Shown one piece after another: positions 38,719 to 42,655 of a DNA stretch of 42,655 nt. The notes under the pieces are model-generated. The model was not told the origin of the DNA, searched no databases, and worked only from the letters and a program-made list of their open reading frames with translations. Position 1 is the stretch's first letter. Each line of letters starts with the position of its first letter. The stretch comes from Desulfobacteraceae bacterium. GTDB taxonomy: Bacteria; Desulfobacterota; Desulfobacteria; Desulfobacterales; SURF-7. Made by a program: the position numbers and the translations under genes. Location: assembly GCA_030618465.1 (NCBI GenBank), contig JAUXDD010000002.1:1-42655 (forward strand). Direction: 5' to 3'.

Positions 38719-39170
38719 GGAATATACCCTGTATTGGGAGTTATGAGGATGTCATCCCTGTTGCCGACCTTATATGTATTATTTATCACCGTATTGTTAT
38801 TTACCCCGGTATAGGGCCGCCCCCATGTATCAAAAGAGATATACCCGGCAGCGGTTATACCGTCCGGCATATTCACATTGACTGTATCTTCACCCGGGAG
38901 AGTAAAATCCTGTTGAGCACCGTCAAACTTATACAGTTTGTATGTTGAACTCTGAAACTCAATACCCCACACGGAACCTGTGTTCATTGCCATGGACTGA
39001 GCATGGCGCATATGTGATTTCAGTATGGCAATCCGGATCAACTGATTACTCTGGTTTGTCGTATCAACTACCCTGACAGCTACCACCGCAGAGACAATCC
39101 CTATTAAGATCAATACCACAACAATCTCAATAAGGGTAAAACCGCGATTATTTTTTATGATATTAGTCAC
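38715..39170 (-). CDS. GspH/FimT-like minor pilin/pseudopilin
   Basis: MTNIIKNNRG|FTLIEIVVVLILIGIVSAV, then a LKSHMRHAQSMAM helix, with FDTWGRP and ITPNTGYI near the C-terminus. 151 aa. Confidence 0.7.
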   Translation of the reverse strand: MTNIIKNNRGFTLIEIVVVLILIGIVSAVVAVRVVDTTNQSNQLIRIAILKSHMRHAQSMAMNTGSVWGIEFQSSTYKLYKFDGAQQDFTLPGEDTVNVNMPDGITAAGYISFDTWGRPYTGVNNNTVINNTYKVGNRDDILITPNTGYIP

Positions 39171-39456
39171 ATTAAGTCTCTAAATTTCTTTACGATTTCT
39201 GGAATTCAGGTCTTTATAAAATCCGGCGGGTTTCAATTCAGGCAGATCAGCATGTATCAAGTGACATTTAATCCCATGTCATATTCCCTGAAATTACAAT
39301 GAAATTTATAATAGCTAAATAATACCACAATTTACATGTTGAGGAAAGAAAAATGGTTTCCAGGGGCAGGGCAATTACATTCGGCTTGGCAGTTAAACAG
39401 CAATATTATCATAATGGATAGTTTTTCCCTCAACCTGAGGGAACGCATCACACCCC

Positions 39457-39669
39457 TCAGCCGCCCGGCATTGATCCGCCACAGGCAGGCCCGTCAAAGC
39501 CGCCGGAACCAGTGGGAATTCCTTCTGCCCTGAAACTTCCGGCAGACATGAGTTTTTCCACATTTCCTTTTCCGCATTTCGGGCACAGGGACACAGAATC
39601 ATCCGAAGATAAAAAAAGTTCTTCAAATTGATGGTTACAGTCTTTACATTTAAACTCAAATATTGGCAT
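39457..39669 (-). CDS. FmdB-family zinc-ribbon protein (second copy)
   Basis: MPIFEFKCKDCNHQFE...CPKCG, with a Gly-rich tail. ATG 39669 has a GGAG SD. The track ORF starts at 39738. Confidence 0.8.
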   Translation of the reverse strand: MPIFEFKCKDCNHQFEELFLSSDDSVSLCPKCGKGNVEKLMSAGSFRAEGIPTGSGGFDGPACGGSMPGG

Positions 39670-39714
39670 AATAAACTCCTTGGACAAAAAAACGTAATTT
39701 TGAATAACAGATTT

Positions 39715-39743
39715 ATGATAAACCATACACACTCTCATATCAA
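39715..39743 (-). promoter_or_regulatory. Candidate sigma70 promoter for the FmdB-like gene (and possibly the pilin-like operon downstream)
   Basis: Minus strand reads TTGATA (39743-39738), a 17-nt spacer, then TATCAT (39720-39715). Confidence 0.45.
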
Positions 39744-39812
39744 GACGGTTTTTCCATATTTTCTAATGGCTTGATATTCATCTGAAAAAATAAAGTTTTA
39801 TCGGTGGACGAA

Positions 39813-40559
39813 ATGACTCAGTACAAAATTCATCCCATTGTCATGGGAACAAAAATTTTTGATAAAAGCATGATGACTTATCAGTACAACAACGGTGTCG
39901 AATATACCATTCCGATCTACTGCTGGTACATTGAAGGCGGCGACAAAAAAATACTGGTGGATACAGGGGAAATGAGTCCTGTTCAGTCTGAAGAGAGGGA
40001 AAAATCCATTGGCGGAAAGATTTATACATTTGAAACCGGTTTGAAACGGTGGAAGACAGCACCTGAAGATATTGACATAATTATTCATACCCATCTTCAC
40101 AATGATCATTGTGAAAATGATTACAAATGTGTGAATGCGGAAATTTATGTACATGAAAAGGAGCTTGAACGAATACATGATCCCCATCCTCTGGACTACC
40201 GGTATCTGGAAGACTACATTGAGGATGTGGAAGAAAACGGTCAGGTGAGAACAATAACTCAGGATTGTGAAATTCTGCCGGGAATAAACGTCATCCACAC
40301 ACCGGTTCATACGGAAGGGGGGCTGACCGTACTGATAGATACGGCTGAAGGAAAAGCAGCCATCACTGGATTCTGTGTTCTCATGGAAAATTTTGACCCT
40401 CCGGTTGAAATCAAAGCCATGGAAATGGAGGTCATACCGCCCGGCACCCATGTGAACGTGTATGAATCCTATGACATCATGTTAAAAATTAAAGAGCTGG
40501 CTGACATCCTGTTGCCGCTCCATGAGCCGGAGTTTGCAGCAAAAGATACGATTCCTTAA
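39813..40559 (+). CDS. MBL-fold metallo-hydrolase (AHL-lactonase-like)
   Basis: HTHLHNDH contains the HxHxDH zinc motif. Later His/Asp ligands are present. The start is either GTG 39804 or ATG 39813. Confidence 0.8.
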   Translation: MTQYKIHPIVMGTKIFDKSMMTYQYNNGVEYTIPIYCWYIEGGDKKILVDTGEMSPVQSEEREKSIGGKIYTFETGLKRWKTAPEDIDIIIHTHLHNDHCENDYKCVNAEIYVHEKELERIHDPHPLDYRYLEDYIEDVEENGQVRTITQDCEILPGINVIHTPVHTEGGLTVLIDTAEGKAAITGFCVLMENFDPPVEIKAMEMEVIPPGTHVNVYESYDIMLKIKELADILLPLHEPEFAAKDTIP

Positions 40560-40949
40560 GCTGGTTACTTTTAAATTATTAAAATTATGCCCTTGTTAAA
40601 CACCCAGTTTTTTCCGTCCCTTATCCGGCAGAGTAAAGTTATGATATGACCTGAAACAGATTATAAGGCAAATATTTTTTTATTTATTGACAAAACATAA
40701 TTTTATTTTATAAACATTGTTATTATTTAATTTTTATTTTGTATTATTTTACTGCTGGCAGACAGCAACTGTGAAAAGTTTGTAATATTAATATACGCTC
40801 TTTTTCACAATTTTTTATTTTAGTGCCGCCAGGATAACTATTTGTTCTTTTTGATATTTCTTCTATGCGATGAACAGGTATGATTCTTGCTTTCTGATTA
40901 CTTAATTATTAAAGGGTTCCAAAATTACGTCAAGTATGGAGGTGTGAAA

Positions 40950-41639
40950 GTGAAACAATTAATCAGACAGTTTCTGATATTTGGAATTGCGCTTTTTGTG
41001 TTATGTGCATTCACGCCGTCAAACAGTTTTGCCGGTGTGAATGTCTTTGCAGAAGGAGCGTATACGGCGACTGACCTCGTTGTTTATATCTATGCAGACA
41101 TTGATGGTGGTACCGTGTTGAGGAGTGCGGGCGTCAAACTGATGTATCCGGCCGCAGAGCTGAATGTAACCAGCGCAGAAAAAAATGAAACTGCCTGGTT
41201 TTTGGGCAGCGAGTCGTACATGGACCCGGACACGGGCACGGCCGGTGAAGTGATTTTTATCCTGGGCAAACTTGACACTGCGGCACCCGCAGAAGGTGTG
41301 AGTGGAACCAGGGTTTTGCTGGGAAAAGTCACTTTTGATCGCACGGACAGCACCATGCCGTATGCGCCTGTATTGAGTATGGTTCTGGGTAAATCAGGCG
41401 ATTTCGCCAACTTTGTTGATACAGCAACTCCTGCTGTTGTGATGGATGGGAGTGTGACTTTTGGTACGATGACGGTGAGGGAACGCGGTGATGCTAATGG
41501 GGATGGGAATATCAATTCCGTTGATTATGTTGCCTTACGAAATAATCTGGGCACGACGTATTTTCCACCCTATATGGACTGTAACGACGATGGATCGATT
41601 AACTCAGTGGATTATGTGTGTGTGAGAAATAAGCTTTAA
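40950..41639 (+). CDS. Secreted protein with cohesin-like beta-sandwich and C-terminal type I dockerin
   Basis: A GTG start follows a GGAGGTG SD. The signal peptide is KQLIRQFLIFGIALFVLCAFTPSNSFA. The C-terminus (41487-41636) carries two EF-hand-like dockerin repeats, DANGDGNINSVDYVALRNNL and DCNDDGSINSVDYVCVRNKL. The central region is beta-rich with cohesin-like patterns (weaker evidence). Confidence 0.6.
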   Translation: MKQLIRQFLIFGIALFVLCAFTPSNSFAGVNVFAEGAYTATDLVVYIYADIDGGTVLRSAGVKLMYPAAELNVTSAEKNETAWFLGSESYMDPDTGTAGEVIFILGKLDTAAPAEGVSGTRVLLGKVTFDRTDSTMPYAPVLSMVLGKSGDFANFVDTATPAVVMDGSVTFGTMTVRERGDANGDGNINSVDYVALRNNLGTTYFPPYMDCNDDGSINSVDYVCVRNKL

Positions 41640-41772
41640 AGGTTACTATAACTGTATACCGGATCTTTAAACTTATTAAACTTGGGATCTCTGAGATCCT
41701 TAACTGCTCCCTTTGCTTTATGTGGTGTGAGCACAGGTGGCATAAAATTTAAAAAAGGAGAGGGGGAGTGCC

Positions 41773-42243
41773 ATGATAGACAAATCAATTATTTTTATTT
41801 CTTTTGTTTTATGTTGTTTGTTTGTTCAGCCAGTGTACGCAGACACTATTGTTAGTTTTGACCTGGATGGGCTGGATGTTGCATCTTTCGAGTTTGCCGT
41901 AGTGGACGAAGATTACGCTGTTGCCGATTTCACTACCAGTTTGCCTGATGGGTGGATGGACATGTCTTCAGAAGATACTTTCGCTTCACTTGACATGGGG
42001 GGTAGCAACTCACTGACATCAGGTGATATCGGACTTTTCACTGCTGACGGCGTCATATTAGGTAACTTTGTTCTTGGGAATCAGGCTGCTGAGACTCTTG
42101 TTCAAAATTCAGATTACTGGGTTCATGAGATAACCGGCGCTTACCTGGTATCTGCATCAGAGACAATTCCCATCCCCGGAGCATTCTGGCTTCTCGGTTC
42201 TGCTCTGATCGGGCTTGTGGGAGTTAAGAGAAAATTTAATTAA
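41773..42243 (+). CDS. Small secreted protein with PEP-CTERM/VPLPA-CTERM-type sorting signal
   Basis: Strong SD GGAGAGGGGGAG. The signal peptide ends in VYA. The C-terminus IPIPGAFWLLGSALIGLVGVKRKFN is a Pro-rich motif followed by a TM helix and a basic tail. Confidence 0.6.
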   Translation: MIDKSIIFISFVLCCLFVQPVYADTIVSFDLDGLDVASFEFAVVDEDYAVADFTTSLPDGWMDMSSEDTFASLDMGGSNSLTSGDIGLFTADGVILGNFVLGNQAAETLVQNSDYWVHEITGAYLVSASETIPIPGAFWLLGSALIGLVGVKRKFN

Positions 42244-42376
42244 AAGGACATGAACCATATAGCATTAAGGGCAGTGTTTTAATACCACTCCCCTTTTATT
42301 AATATTCAAGATGTTTCCACAATTTCTAACACCCATGCAAAAAACCCTCTTGACATGGGTTAAGAAATCGGGGCTT

Positions 42377-42561
42377 CATGGCCGGTGTGAAACAGGTAAG
42401 ATTAAAGGAATTATATAGATCATTTTTTTGTCTCTAATAATATCCTGCGGACGGATCCCTGCAATTTCAGCAGGACCGCCCGGATACACTTCCATACCGC
42501 CTTTTTCGGGATGGTGGCACTCCGTGGGTTCAGGCGCGGACTTCCATCCCCGCTTTACTAT
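42377..42561 (-). pseudogene. Possible remnant of a PDZ-domain gene
   Basis: Minus-strand translation of 42436-42498 gives GMEVYPGGPAEIAGIRPQDII, a PDZ carboxylate-loop/GD-I pattern. The frame is closed by a stop at 42562-42564. The upstream frames hold only short pieces (GIDSKAGMEVRA* in another frame). Confidence 0.25.
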
Positions 42562-42655
42562 CTATTCCCGGATCTCCCGCATCCCCTGCGACCTTTTCCT
42601 CCATGGCCCGGTCTGAAATCCGGATTAATCTTTTTCATCTCAATCATATGGGCAA

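Noticed and set aside
39387-39402. A plus-strand TGGCAG-TTAAA-CAGCA with correct GG-N10-GC spacing, between the FmdB gene and the pilin-like operon.
   Set aside because: It points away from the pilin operon and into the antisense of the FmdB gene, with no plus-strand gene downstream. The -12 region lacks TTGC. It is probably a chance match.
39798-40451. A 217-aa minus-strand ORF antisense to the MBL-fold hydrolase gene.
   Set aside because: The plus-strand frame carries the clear HxHxDH metallo-hydrolase motifs. The antisense product is low-complexity (F/I/H/C-rich) with no SD. It is a typical shadow ORF.
41090-41515. A 141-aa minus-strand ORF inside the cohesin/dockerin gene.
   Set aside because: The plus-strand frame has a signal peptide, an SD and dockerin repeats. 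The antisense frame has none.

Overview
This window is a bacterial chromosomal segment, moderately AT-rich by eye. No rRNA, tRNA, CRISPR array or transposase was recognised. Most of it is a housekeeping backbone, largely on the minus strand: rplM-rpsI, ruvCAB, tolQ-tolR-tolA-tolB-pal-cpoB, groES-groEL and hflKC, with rsmG, ileS-lspA-lgt-holA and a cold-shock gene on the plus strand. The gene content suggests a Desulfobacterota/deltaproteobacterial-type organism: PATAN response regulator, FmdB zinc ribbons, a bS22-like micro-ORF, and a PEP-CTERM-type sorting signal. That taxonomic guess is inference only.

Three accessory regions stand out.

(1) 1-3310: a classical minor-pilin operon (FimT/GspH-like, PilW-like, PilV-like, PilX-like, then the start of a vWA PilY1-like gene). 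The PilV- and PilW-like proteins carry DxDxDG acidic loops.

(2) 31987-39669: the best candidate for an undescribed system. It holds an orphan ParM/actin-like ATPase behind a near-consensus sigma54 -24/-12 element. Diverging from it is a receiver-PATAN(DUF4388) regulator. A second operon of three prepilin-headed genes follows. Its last ORF is a 1217-aa giant that fuses, in frame, a PilW/GspJ-like minor pilin, an internal Cys-Phe-Ile/hydrophobic/RR anchor-like segment, a PilX_N-like second membrane helix, and about 950 aa of lectin-like (LamG/ConA-like) payload. No pilus ATPase, platform or secretin lies in the window.

(3) 40950-42243: a secreted cohesin-like plus dockerin protein next to a PEP-CTERM/VPLPA-type sorted protein.

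Smaller observations include a structured repeat of about 90-117 nt found upstream of both rplM and rsmG in the same gene-relative orientation. There is a 32-aa TTG-initiated bS22-like ORF missed by the ORF track, and a radical SAM/SPASM gene abutting an aminotransferase. Three minus-strand operons share a CTTGAC-N17 promoter architecture.

All family names come from motif recognition by eye. No database search was possible.
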